Source of the DNA: Girardia tigrina
Taxonomy: Eukaryota
Direction: 5' to 3'
Length of the DNA stretch: 53,401 nt
NCBI GenBank assembly: GCA_001938485.1
Contig: MQRK01244698.1
Location: 12,202 to 65,602 of the forward strand
Shown: piece after piece, positions 37,988 through 50,880 of the stretch
Numbering within the stretch: the first letter of the stretch is position 1
Layout of the letters: each line of letters begins with the position of its first letter
The notes under the pieces: generated by a model
The model's input: only the letters and a program-made list of their open reading frames with translations
The model's database searches: none
What the model was told of the DNA's origin: nothing
Position numbers and translations under genes: made by a program

Positions 37988-40049
37988 ATGATGTTAACAA
38001 GTATGATAATGGCAGCGATGATGATAAGCATCAGCGAAGCTACGGTATACCAATTCGCGTGGGGAAAACTAGTAGCCAGGTACAACCAGGTACATATGGA
38101 CACGCAATCAGAGATATCCCCACCCTAACGGATATGTGAAATAGCAAAACGACCGAAATGTAAGAAGCCGTCCACGAAATGGAGAGCAGCTATTCCCACA
38201 GTTTTAATGATTTTACGAACAGTCCCTTCATCTAGACCTACATTGGAACGTGAAATACGCACTATCGAGTGGCACACTAGTATAAAAGTAACTCAAAAGG
38301 AAGTGGAGTTGGATATGACCCCATGGTATCAGAACACTCGCTATTGCTTACCACTTTGGTGTCCAACAACCACATTTCTATATCTACCAGAGAAAGCAAG
38401 GGACATCGTAAAAAGGGTCCAGGGACAAGTACAAGTAGAAAATATATTAATGAACAAAGAGGGAGTAAGGGTATTATTGAAAGAGGGATATCACGGACAA
38501 TCGTCATCAAAAGGAGAATGTACACTTCCATTAAAAAATCGTAATAACATGAAAGCCCGGCTCGCAGTAGTAAAAACTCGAAAAATGAATGGACGACGGT
38601 TTCCTATACATTATCAGGAATAGGATATAAACGAATCACATGTTACAGTCGAACGAAACATGCAAATGTTGCGAATGCTATTGAAAGTACCGTTCAGACA
38701 TGTCACCTTATGAACTACTTCGAGGAATGACCGAGATTAGTAAAACAAATGTGGGCGAGAATCCCAAAGTAACCGAAACAGTGGGATCGAATTACGAATC
38801 ATATCTACACTTGGGTTTCGTAGAGGATTACGAGATAACGATAACCTCGAAAAGTGTTCAAATTTTGCGACACCTCAAGAAAAAAAATCGAGTGATCATC
38901 GTAATCTGCGGAACAGAAACAGGCACGAGCATGGGAACAGACCACCAGGAAGGAGCCATATGCCAAAGGAAAGGTGTCTACATTTGGATCGGTATGTTAG
39001 AAGTCCAAGTCGAAAAGAAAAAATCAATTATCAGAGATTATAGAGCGGTCCTTATTTATAATGAAACGATATTTTACCCGGTTGTGACTCGACTTAAAGC
39101 AACAGTATATCGGATCTATTATCATAAATACCATCGATCGCTTCGAGAACGAATAAACAGAATAATCAAATTTCAGAGCATTGTCAACGGACAAGCCAAC
39201 ATATTGCGAGAACCCTTTATATTGAATTGTCAAACCTTTGATCAGAAACGGGAATTAATATATCGTACACGACCGGCATCCTTAATCAAGCAATGTCGAA
39301 GTTATATGCACGCTGATACGGATACACCGACAAGATTAACAGTTACTTTTATGACTAGATACCAAGAAGCGAATTTTGCGATATACCATCAGGAATATTT
39401 AGTCCAAGGGAATCAAACGCACGTGATATGCCCACAGTACGGTGACAATGTGTACGAATGAAACCTAAAAGTTGCTAAACCCACTAGAATACTGATATAT
39501 CGGCATGAGTATAGAGGAAGACAAAGTAATAGTACCTACAACAATTTCAAAGACTAATATGAGAAATACCACGAATCAACCAATCCAACGGACAACTTGA
39601 AAAATCACAAAGATTCAACGGATAAAGAATAAAACGAGTTATCCTATATTTGTAATAATTATTGCAGGAGCCCTTGGCACCCTAGTCGCCCTGACAGGCA
39701 TCAATTATATCTCTACTATCGACGATATCAACTCAGAAAGTGAGAGTACCGAAAGAAAAGACTGACCGCAGGTATAACCAACACACCACCGAAAGGCCCA
39801 CAAAATCTAATGCAAACCGAAATCGAGAGAGAAATCAAAGAGAACGCACAAGCCAGAATCGACCACGAGTTACGAGATATCGCCACGCGAGATGGGACGC
39901 TTATCGAATTGACAAACCTGCCGAGATTGTCGACTCGACTGAGAACTCTTCATCATCTTGAGTTTCAACGGCCGACGTGGGCGAAAAATGCCGAGACGAT
40001 AACGCCGCGGTTCGGACACCGACCGAACACGATTGGAACATTTGTATAG
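37988..40049 (+). pseudogene. env-like type-I membrane protein B (signal peptide, ectodomain, T-rich stalk, TM, tail; disrupted)
   Basis: Signal-like MMLTSMIMAAMMISISEA; ORFs 38207-38623 and 38700-39461; TM YPIFVIIIAGALGTLVALTGI at about 39640-39702; basic tail. Confidence 0.55.
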
Positions 40050-40288
40050 TACATCGTAATTGAATGGGACAAATGTAAATAAACAAACTATAATCGACTT
40101 GCGCGCGTATATCAAACAATTTACTATATTTTGTGAATGGATCAATGTGCATGTAATATTACAATCGAACTTGATGAACCATACCGATTTTATTATTTAT
40201 AATGCGTGATTATTGTATTTATCAACTGCATGTATTTTCTATTTTCTCATTCTATTATGTATCTTTCACCCTGTGTATATCTTTCCTA

Positions 40289-40325
40289 AAATCTCAGGAC
40301 GAGATTTCAACTGTGGTGGAAGGAA
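40289..40325 (+). other. Ty3-type pre-PPT hairpin and polypurine tract
   Basis: AAATCTC-AGGAC-GAGATTT followed by GTGGTGGAAGGAA resembles the TCTCG(G/A)GGACGAGA + PPT signature upstream of Ty3/gypsy 3' LTRs. Confidence 0.7.
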
Positions 40326-41050
40326 TTTTAGGATGAGACTTTTCATTTAACACCAAAGACAAGGGAATAGTCTAACTCGACTATTCCCCAGTAAGTTTAG
40401 ATAGGCCCCATCTGACACAGTTAACGTGATGAACCGTAGAGGTCCAGGAATACCATGCCAAACGGAGCCAGATTCGTTGTAGCATTGTCTCATCGTCCCA
40501 GTGAGCCTTTGTAGAACCCTTAAAAAAATTCAATTAAAAAACCCTTAATTAATTAACTAAATTACCCCGATGACTCAGCGTGAATCATACCACCGTCGAA
40601 CTTTCCGAAGGAATCAGCAGACCTGAAACAGAGATAATTAAAACAGAATACCTCCACGAAATGTTTACCTGAATAACAGATGTCACCTGAATGCCGATAC
40701 AGTCGCGGAGATTGGTGAGCCGGTCTTCAAACATCCTGTGTGATCCACACGAACGACGATGCAACGACATAGCTATCTAAAATATAAACTAATTAAATGG
40801 CAGCCAGGAACGAATACCAGTAACAGTTGCTACCCGCAGTCTCCCTTGAAAAATAAACATCCGAACCTAGACATAGAATCCTGACAAACGAATGAGATAA
40901 ATAATGAGATAAGCAATCATTCTACAGAATATCGCGATTACAGTCTTACATAAACAATGCGCTAACATACAATCACTTCCCCCCTTTCATCCTGTCTTTG
41001 GAGAATCACATACAGAGATACCCGAGTGTGTCAAGTGCATCCAACCGGGT
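40326..41050 (+). mobile_element. Putative long 3' LTR (right end undefined) with antisense intron-exon structure
   Basis: Starts directly after the PPT (TTTTAGG, where TGTAGG would be expected). Minus-strand GT..AG introns at 40817-40777, 40668-40623 and 40565-40519. Confidence 0.55.
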
Positions 41051-42333
41051 AAAAATAACCGAGGTAATTTTGCATAGACATAAGTGGTAATTGCACATTT
41101 TCACAATTTTATAATTTGATTGACGAAATTTTGAATATTTTTAAGAGCGATACAAATTTGTATACTATTTCTTTTCGACAATTTTACGAAGGCACAGTTA
41201 AACGCGAGTTATTTACAACAGTGTTACGACCAGCGAATTATTATTTACGCTTATTATTTTTCCGTACGACCAGTACTCCTGAACTATTATCTATGTAGTT
41301 TTATTGTTTTATCGCTGTTTTTTTATTTATTTTATTTTTGAATAATTTTATTTGTTCTTCCTTTTTAGTTTTGAATGATCTTTCTTTACAATAATCTTTA
41401 TATATAGGAATGGTGCTTTATTAGTAAACACGAATCTATTTAATGGGTTATATTTTCTCACGATTGGATAAATATTAGCATTGATTTTAATATATATTTT
41501 CAAACCTTACGTTTTATTTTGTTTTATCGGACTGTAACTAATGCTGTTTATAATAATTATTATAATTTTATAAGTTTACCATAATTTTTGTAATTAATTA
41601 TAATAATAAACTCTACAACAATTCTGATCCTCTACAGTACTCCCTGTCCCGAATGGAATGTTAAAGGGGTTCTCTTGATCACCGAAGGTCCGAATACGAT
41701 GGTTAGGTTCGTCGGGGTTGTGATACAACAAGTCGAGTCAGAGATGGATAGGTGTGGAGTGAGGATTCCGAGAATGACTGCCGTGTGAGGGATGTGGAGT
41801 CATTTGTAAATATCGTGTATAGAGGATCGTGATTGTTTGGAGATGGATGATGATATTGAATGGAGTGTTGTGAATATAATATAACTTTAGTATAATATAC
41901 AACAATTTTAGATGAATTAACACTTGATTTTAAATTCCACGAACGAACTTAGTATTTCTTTTGTTATTTATTGACAATAAATGTAATCAAAACTTTTATG
42001 ATATCATCTGAACACTTTTATTGAACCCATTTTGAAAGTATTCTGAAGTTCTTTAAATGGTTCAAGATATAACATGAGAATATAATATAACTGCGATTGG
42101 GTACGAACAAATTAGTTGAATTGTTTTTAGTTGTCCTAAACTCAATAATGCGATAACTCGAAATTTAGAGATGAATCAATTTTTCCACATAATTTTTTTA
42201 ACTTAAAAAAAACAAGTAATTTAGAAAACTAAACGAAAACATTTAATTATTAAAATGAAAAATATAAAAAAGCACCAAATAAGCCTGTTTTTTTTCTGTT
42301 GCCAATCATCTCAACATTGTTGACCGTTTATAA

Positions 42334-42843
42334 CAGTGGTGCCCAACTTTTGTGTACGTAAGATCGACTTTTTTTCTTAAAAATGTGTCGCGATCGACTT
42401 GTTGTCATAGTTGTAGTTTAAGGGGAGATTGGGAAGTTAGCAATACATACTATGTTTTTACATTATGTTATAATACAAGATACACTACTGCAAAAATTCC
42501 GTGTTTCCACATTTTGAAGATAAATTTAAAACAATATGAGTAATTAACAATATTTGATTATTCAAATTAGCTACAAAAAAGACAGACTAAGAATTTATTT
42601 TTAAATATTAAGGAGAAGATTGTGTTTACATGTCTCTAACCAAAGAATCCTAATTAGGCGTATATCCTGTCAAAGATAATAATAATGAGTATGGGAATCA
42701 GTCAGGACAGAACGTTGTTTTAATTTTTTTTAATATTTGTGTTTACAAAAAAATTTTTTTTACAAACATTTTTTTTTCATTTTCAGTCTGTAGTAGAAAA
42801 TCGACCCAAAGTCGTGTCGCGATCGCCTGGTTGGGCAGCACTG
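42334..42843. mobile_element. hAT (Charlie-like) MITE, 510 bp
   Basis: TIRs CAGTGGTGCCCAAC / GTTGGGCAGCACTG. 8-bp TSD GTTTATAA at 42326-42333 and 42844-42851. Confidence 0.93.
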
Positions 42844-43109
42844 GTTTATAATAAGGAACGAAGTTTCGAAGAAATAAATTTACAATCATAATAAATTAAT
42901 TTCAGATAATAAGAATTTAAATATTATTCAGCTTATTTAAATGGTTAGGAGAACCACAATCCAAAATCAACACACAAACGATCAACATTCCAAATATTCG
43001 GTAAATACTTTTTTAGGATAATACATCTAAAAATTATCACAAAAAAGTTAATAAAAATATCAAAAAAAGTAGAAATCAAAATAAAAATTAAGTCAACGTT
43101 TATTTAAAA

Positions 43110-43651
43110 TTATTCCACTACTAATTGCTCTTCTTTCAAAATTGATCGAATCTTTTCGGCACGTTTCTTCGAGGTCTTTTCTAAAGGAAGATTCTCAATC
43201 AAGTACATTAAAAATCGATAATTTCTACTTGAATCTTCCGCTGAAATGATTTTTTCGCACTCCTCAGAAACTCTCACTCTACAGCCGCCTTTCAGGCCTC
43301 TCACGTATTTCTGGACGATCTTAAATAGCGCTCGATCACACTAAATCAATTCTGATTATCGATTATCGGATAAATCAATCGCACTTTGTCTTTAAAGTAC
43401 ATATTTTGTAAGACTGCTTTCTGGCAGATTTTACTGAACTTCCAATCCGTATTCTCATTGTAAGACAACAAATAATTTCTGATTCTTTCGCTAACATCAA
43501 TAGGATCAGCTGTTGTCTTAGATTTCCGATTATTCTTTTTCTTATGTTTATTTCTGATTTTCACTTGTTTCTGTTTGTTATTATTTTCATCTTTGTTAAT
43601 CGTTTGTTCATTCGGAACGTCTTCATTTTTTTTGGTTTTGACTTTAGTCAT
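43110..43651 (-). CDS. WKF-domain protein (C7orf50/YCR016W-like), two exons 43651-43385 and 43340-43110
   Basis: Lys-rich N-terminus, then YLLSYNENTDWKFSKICQKAVLQNMYFKDK|CDRALFKIVQKYVRGLKGGCR. A 44-nt GTGCG..TTTAG intron (43384-43341) joins the two ORFs in frame. Confidence 0.88.
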
Positions 43652-44732
43652 TTTTTTAAAAAAAGAATTAATTAAAAGGTATTATTTAAACAAACTTTTT
43701 TTTTGATTATTGAAATATAATTTTGTTTCATGAAAATAAGGTAATGGAAATTGTGAAATTTCAATTTAACAGTTTAAAATTAATTATTTTTAAAAACAGT
43801 TTTCCGAAAAGTTAATTTTCAGTTTGTGTTTTAGATATTTATTCTATATTTTAGGTCAGTGAATGTTAAGAAAGCTGTTTAATTTTTTTTGTGATCATTC
43901 AACAATGTATTGATTCGGAAACCAAAAATGGCTACTTTTAAGTTTATTTTCATTGTTTGTTTTCGTTGATGAATCTAAAAACAGGTAATAAAAAATGTTT
44001 TAGTTTAATTTTTCTTTAAAAAACAATTGCAGTTGATTTAGTGAGTTAAATTTAATTCTCATTATTTTCATAATGAAATAGTTATAAACAGTAATTATCC
44101 AATTGAAAATATACACCTACATTGTTTAATGTAGGTTTTATTATGAATGTGAAAAATTTATCATCATCATAAATATCTTTATTCATCAATTTTTTTACAC
44201 CCAGCAATATCACCTAACCCACCAATGTCTCAATCACAACTCTATCGACCACGACATGGATACTGCCTAGTATCGTGATATTGTCTACTCCCAAAAGCAT
44301 CTCTCCTTCTATTCTGCAAAAATCTTGCACAAGTAGTATCCACCTTCCAACATGAGGACCACTCGGTTCGAGTTCTACTCAAGCAGCGCGTTTCACCATG
44401 GTTAGATCAAGAATTTTCTACAGCCTCTAGGATGCTCGATCTACTTGATCTAATCTTACTGACCGCAGCTTTTATATTGACATTGGACATCTGTGTTTGT
44501 TGGTGTGTTGAGTATGGAAATATTAATAAAGTTTTAAAATTTAAATTTTGTTTAAATCAGTAAAATAAGAAAATTATTTACTTTTTACTATAAAATCAAT
44601 AATAAAAACAAATTAATAATTAGAATAAAAATGATTAGAAAAATAGAATATTTACACAAAGAATAAAAACATTAAACATCAAATTGTAAATAAATTCATT
44701 GAAAATGTTAAAAAGAAGTATAAAAAGGAAAG

Positions 44733-47698
44733 TGTCACGACCCTCTCGAGTGAAAACATTTTTGCAAGCTCAAGAGCCCCCAGTGATTGTTAAGGGTCAA
44801 CCAAAACCCAATGTTATTTTAAGAAGTTGTTTACTCTTTTAGTAGATTCGTCAATAATATGGTCGGACGCCTCTTCTTACTCGACATCTGACTGGCAGTG
44901 ATGAGCTCGAAGGGCCTTCGGGTCCAGTTCAAGATGGGATAGGCTATGGGCCCCCCACCTGGGTCAGTATCGATAGGGAATGATTTTACGCATCTACTGT
45001 AATGTCTGTCACTATTATGATTGTCGCGCTGCCGGTTTGTCAGTTGTATTGTCATACTTGCGGCATTGTACTTGTACGGTTGTGTGATATATCTTGTCGA
45101 ACTTCGGTAGTGTTGCGGCTGCATGCGGACTAGTAGTGTTGATGAATTTCTAAAGAAAATTATTAAATACAGTACTCATTATATTGACCCTTAAATTCTA
45201 TTGCACTGTCGTTTTATTGGATGGCGTCTTTCTCAATCGCATTTTATCTAATTCGTATCGATTCACCTTAGGATCACTTAGCAACGCTAAAAGTCCATCA
45301 TTAGAGTATTGTTATTAGAATATCATCAGTATATTTGTCTTAGAGTAACATGAACTTACCAACAACAGGCTTATAAACTGATTCATTTAAACTTCCCTAA
45401 CTTATCAATTATTTATCAATCGATAATGTATTAGGATAGAAACTAAACCCGGAAAGCCAATATCTATTTTCGTGTCTTAGGAGTGAGATCATGGTCAGAA
45501 GTTTTCCTCAAAGAAAATTCTCAACTACATTTAAAATTTCTTTCGATAATAATGTCGAATTTAGTCAATTACAACTCATAACAACTCCCATTAACAGCTC
45601 GTAAATCCCAATATATCATAAATCCATTACAAATTGCTAGTAACTATTCATTAATTCTTATAAAATTGATAATTTCATAAAATCATTTCATTATAAAATT
45701 AATAAATTCATTATAAAATTAATTCCTTATAAAATTATAAAATTCCAAATATTAGTTGGCTGAGATTTTTCATTAAGATTCGCGATTGGGCTTAGATCCA
45801 GGTTAAACTAAGTTAAAATCAAACTCTCAATCAAAATTAACTCAATTAAGTTATAAAATTAAATAATTTCTCCTAAAAAAATTTCACGTTTGCTGATTAA
45901 ATATTTGTTAATTTAAAGATTTACTAATAATGATTATTGTAAAAATTCTATTTTATAATTCCTACTGATAAAATCAATTATTATAAAAATTCTATTTTGT
46001 AACAAAATCCTGTATAAAACCGCTAATCAGTAAAATTTAGTTCTCAGAAAATTTTATTTGTTTTAGTTTGCTATTCTGGATCCCCAACATGACACTCGGA
46101 TTTGAAATGAAGTACGAATACGGCTGATCGCTGAATCCCACACGGAATTGCGTGAGAAAACCATGAGACGGCGACGACGACTGGAAAGAAATCCGCCTAG
46201 ACCGGGGCGCTAGACGGTCTGGACTTGAATTTACAGGTTATTGATATTTAAAAAAGAAAATCATCATCATAGAACACATTTATTCAGATTAATCAATTAA
46301 GCAATAATAGATAAATGACCACAATAAAAATAATTACAGGTAAAAAGGCGTTCGATGGGATCCGGAGAATGTCTCAATAAACGGTGTCTGTCGATTTACT
46401 CGTCCTCTTCGCTCATCGACACGTCGGTTACACGAAATGTCTTTTTCGGTCGTTCTCTCGGTGCCGTAAATTCGTCAATTGATTTTCCTCTTGGTGAGGT
46501 CGCCGGTCTTCACTGATAATCTGTCGTTCCTTTCGTCTGCGGGATGCTCGTAGATCAACTGTTCTCGCTCGAAGTTTCTTTGGTAACGTGATATCTCGAC
46601 GTAACACGTAAGTGTAAGTTTTGTTTTGTTTCAAAAATGTGCAAACTAATTGCAAAAATGATTCTCTTTTTATACCGTAGATGGATTATTCTGTTGTCTC
46701 TTCTCAGTCAATTTCCTTCCGCCAGCAAGAAGTCTGCAAAATTCTACGATGCTGGTTGGTCGGGCTTGTCCGTGTGTCTCCAAAAATTTTTGGTAATTTT
46801 TGATTTACTATAGAATTTCGTAATGGTGCGTTGACACATACGTTAATATTTTTCAGAACACACGCGCCGATTATTCACCGGTGATTCATACGGAATCATC
46901 ACCTGATGCCTATTCTCGGAGTCACAGCTGACTCATGGTAATTTTAATTAATTCTCTATATTTCTTAATTAATTATTGGATCTTTCAGGGGCTATATCTG
47001 GGCTCGGGAATGTCCCATAGTGCTGCGGGGTTCACTCCTGGATTATACTCAGAGAAATCTATTTGGAGAGGGTCGGATGACCCCTTAATTTTATTGAGTG
47101 CCTCCGTAAGGAACTTTGTTGTTTTCTGTCTGATTCTTAATTAATTATTACTCTTTCAGGACCGATAACTTCTTTCGGGGATCTGTCGTTGTCTCACGAG
47201 TTCCACTCAGGGACTCGTCGTGTGAGGGGCTATTCGGAGATGGTCGGATGACCCTCCAACTCTACTGGGTATTCCGGTAAGGGGCTTCATCATTTTCGAT
47301 CTATTTATTGATTAATTTTTTATTCTTTCAGGGTTTATACTTCTTCTCCGGGTGATGTGGCCAGCTGATGATTTATCGTCACGAATTCACTTATCGATGT
47401 TCCATCTCGAGGGCAATGTTTGTTCGATTTCTTCTATCAATTGCGTTTTTATTTAATGTCGTCTATTTGTTTTAAGTTATGTTTGTAGTTTCACTGCTCC
47501 GTCAGACTACGAAGGTATCAGAAATGGTCTCGGGATTTATCTGGTTATGACTTTTATCGGGGTATGATCTATCTGGTATCTTTTGAATATATGTATTAAA
47601 ATTTTACTGTCTTTCTTTTTCTTCTGTTTGCTGGGTGCTGTGTTTGCGTGTTTGTGTCAATATGCTAGAATGTGTAAATAGGCTTGTCTACCGCAACA
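44733..47698. mobile_element. ~3-kb solo-LTR-like element with 4-bp TSD (AAAG) and an internal multi-exon unit on +
   Basis: TGTCACG...CGCAACA ends. AAAG at 44729-44732 and 47699-47702 (A-rich flanks, so the TSD is weak evidence). GT..AG introns at 46793-46856, 46938-46988, 47106-47159 and 47277-47331. Confidence 0.6.
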
Positions 47699-48950
47699 AA
47701 AGAAAAGAATAAAAAAGTACAACAAAAATTAATTAGTTTTATACTTTGATCCAGTTGATTTATTTTAAGTAACTGCCCTTTGAGAAATCACGATCTGAAC
47801 TTTGAATAATTCGTGCAAGTCGAATTCATATAAATTGACGGTATCAATCGACCGAAATAAAAAAAGAGAAATTGATTGCGAAACTGATAATTTACGAGGT
47901 TATCAAAAAATTTTCAAACTTATTTATTATTTTAATATCAGAAGGTCATGAGGATATATTATCCCACCGCTTATGATAAATTTAAATAAGTTTTTTTTAA
48001 CTTTTCGTAATTTGTAATTGGCATAAAGATTTAATATAATTTATTTTAATAATTTCCTTTTGTTTTGAATTAAATATATATACCTATATACAAATTGTAA
48101 TATCTACCCAATACCCCAACAGGTGTATCGAGGTGATTTCGGTTTATAAACGAATGTGGAAATCTGGAGTGTTGGCAAGGTAGCGAGTTTTAGCGGTAAA
48201 AAAATTTACCATAATTTGATGACGTTTGAGAGTTTTGTGGGCCGCCATCACAATCATACACGATATGGATAGATACGGTTGGGAATGAAGTCACAGGACT
48301 ATGAGTGATGTAGAGGAACTTCATTAATTGATCAATCAGTTTGATTTATTTGTCGATTTATGTATTATTAAATAATTGATTAAATCAAAATATTGCGCAT
48401 CGATTCAAAAATAGTAAAAAAATTGAGAATAAAAGAAATTGTCCATAATTTGTAAAACAAATATATTTTTACAAAAATCATTTTGAATTGGCATAATCAC
48501 TTTGAGAATATTTAAACAATTATTTCGGTTCAATACCTTTTTAGTAAAAATATACATAAGAATAGTTAATTTACTTTTTATAGATAGATAAAATATGTGA
48601 CTTTGATGTAAATAATAATATTAGTATTTTAATGTTAATAAAGATTTTTTTCTTATTAGAATTTTTAATTTAATTAAAAGGGACCACTACTACGAAGATA
48701 AAACAATTTAAGATAAAAAATTTATTTAATATGTTCCCTCTGTTTTACAAGCGAGTTTACTAAAATCAACCTTAACCTTGTCTTTGATTTTAGATAGTTA
48801 GGGAAGTAAATTTTACTTGCAGTAGATAAATTTAGGTATATAAAAATATATAATTTAACTATATAACTTATATCGTTTTGTACTTTGATCAAACAATATT
48901 CACTAGATGATCGTGGTTTTATCACAATCCTAAAGCCGTTTTTATACAAA

Positions 48951-50083
48951 TGTTGAGATAATAAAATAAAATTATTTTAAAAGTATTAATGTTTTAATTA
49001 ATAGTTAAAACAAGAGATTATTTATCTATTTACCATAATAAATAGTAATTATATATATAAATAATAGAAATAAAGTTTATAGAAAATGTAAATAATTAAA
49101 TTAAGAATTTTAATAAATTATATTAGTGTTGGGATATCGGGTGATTATAAACAAAATAGAAATAAAAACAAAAGATTATATGATATTTCAAGATTTATTT
49201 AATATGCACACTTTACAAAATAATTGATTTACAAAGGATGACTNNNNNNNNNNNNNNNNNNNNNNNNNNNNNNNNNNNNNNNNNNNNNNNNNNNNNNNNN
49301 NNNNNNNNNNNNNNNNNNNNNNNNNNNNNNNNNNNNNNNNNNNNNNNNNNNNNNNNNNNNNNNNNNNNNNNNNNNNNNNNNNNNNNNNNNNNNNNNNNNN
49401 NNNNNNNNNNNNNNNNNNNNNNNNNNNNNNNNNNNNNNNNNNNNNNNNNNNNNNNNNNNNNNNNNNNNNNNNNNNNNNNNNNNNNNNNNNNNNNNNNNNN
49501 NNNNNNNNNNNNNNNNNNNNNNNNNNNNNNGTTATTTCACTCTTAATTATTTATACCTTTAATTAAATTAAATCTAATTATTTATATATATTTTATATTT
49601 ATTATTGTAAAAGGATAAATAAAGTTTTATTTTATCCATTAATTAAAACCAAAATTGTTATTATCTCAACATTAGAAAGGGAAATCAAACTTTAATTTAA
49701 TAAATATAATCAAATTAAAAATATAGAAAGTGTATAAAAAGAAAATGATTTTACAAAAAAAGAGAGCCCTTAATTATATTTAGAGTATATATGAATAGGG
49801 TTTGAGTGAAATTAAATTTAAAAGAAGGTAGTAAAAGAAAAAAAAGGGAAGCACCTTAATTATTTGAAAGCAAAGAAAAAGAACAAGAAAAGAACAAGAA
49901 AAACTTATTTATTAATTAAGAAAAGGAAAGGTGAAATTAATTAAAAAGTACAAGAAGAATCCTAAAAGTACAAACAAGGAAAGGATTGTTTACTTAGTTG
50001 ATTGCCAATTGTTTACTTACTTGAAGCAGATTATTTACTTTAAATTAGTCGAATAAATAACTGTCTGTATATTTTCTCCAACA
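48951..50083. mobile_element. Solo LTR A (TGTTGAGATA...CTCCAACA) containing solo LTR B
   Basis: TG..CA ends. Shares its terminal sequence with B and C, and the GAGCCCTTAATTAT segment with C, in opposite orientation. Confidence 0.6.
49127..49671. mobile_element. Solo LTR B with 4-bp TSD TTAG
   Basis: TGTTGGGATA...TATCTCAACA; TTAG at 49123-49126 and 49672-49675. Confidence 0.85.
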
Positions 50084-50391
50084 ACAACTGGCCTTGTTGA
50101 ATTATTTAAGCAAACAATCCCCGACGATGTAAGTCATCAAGGGTGATCCGAAAATCAGAAAGAAAAGAAATGAAGAAAATAAAAGTGAAATAATTGAATC
50201 TAGAGCAACGTTTGTTTACCGAGAATATCTTACAAAGTACGAACTAACATATAATTATATATTTCAGTAACATATTCGTTATATATTTTAAAATCACTTT
50301 TGGGGCAAACGAAATCTGGTTTCTCCATCTACCCACTTTATAAATTCCAAATATAGGATTAAGAGCTTATAAAATATTCTTGTAAATATTG

Positions 50392-50880
50392 TGTTTGATA
50401 AATAAATATTTTCGATAAAACCACTCTATCTTTTTGATTTTCGTTTTTAATTCTTATTATCACATAGTTACGCAAACTCCAAGGTGTAAAAGAAATGAAC
50501 TTCGATGGTAGTTAATTTATTCGTTCGAAAACAAATTCTTCGAATTCTTGAATTCACATTCAATTAATTAACTGCTAATTGCTTTCTATTTGGTCTTTAA
50601 AACTAATTCTTGAGATAAATAATTAAGGGCTCTTTCCTTTTAAATCACATCCTTTTATAGCCTTCTTTAATTTTTTTATCATTCTTATTTAAAACTTTAA
50701 TATAATTGCTTATTATGATCTTATAAATCTTTCTTTATTTCTTCCATATTATTTATATTTTTATTCAATTGTTTATATATAATTTATATTTATTCAAATA
50801 TAAAGGTAAACAATTTGTTTTACCCATTTAATTAAAATAATATATTTATATAAAATAATTTTATTTTTATAACATCAACA
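50392..50880. mobile_element. Solo LTR C of the same family, inserted in a decayed ORF
   Basis: Ends ...TTTATAACATCAACA, homologous to the B end and the reverse complement of the A start. The left boundary is approximate. Confidence 0.55.

Noticed and set aside
43730-43990. Divergent + strand exons upstream of the WKF gene
   Set aside because: Splice-like signals exist but no open frame; they could be UTR exons, which cannot be supported from sequence alone.
44941-44953. AGGCTATGGGCCC resembling the copia half-tRNA-Met PBS
   Set aside because: Not preceded by an LTR CA end and not followed by gag.
47364-47390. CTGATGA...GAA as a hammerhead ribozyme core
   Set aside because: No GAAA box or pairable stems I-III found by eye.
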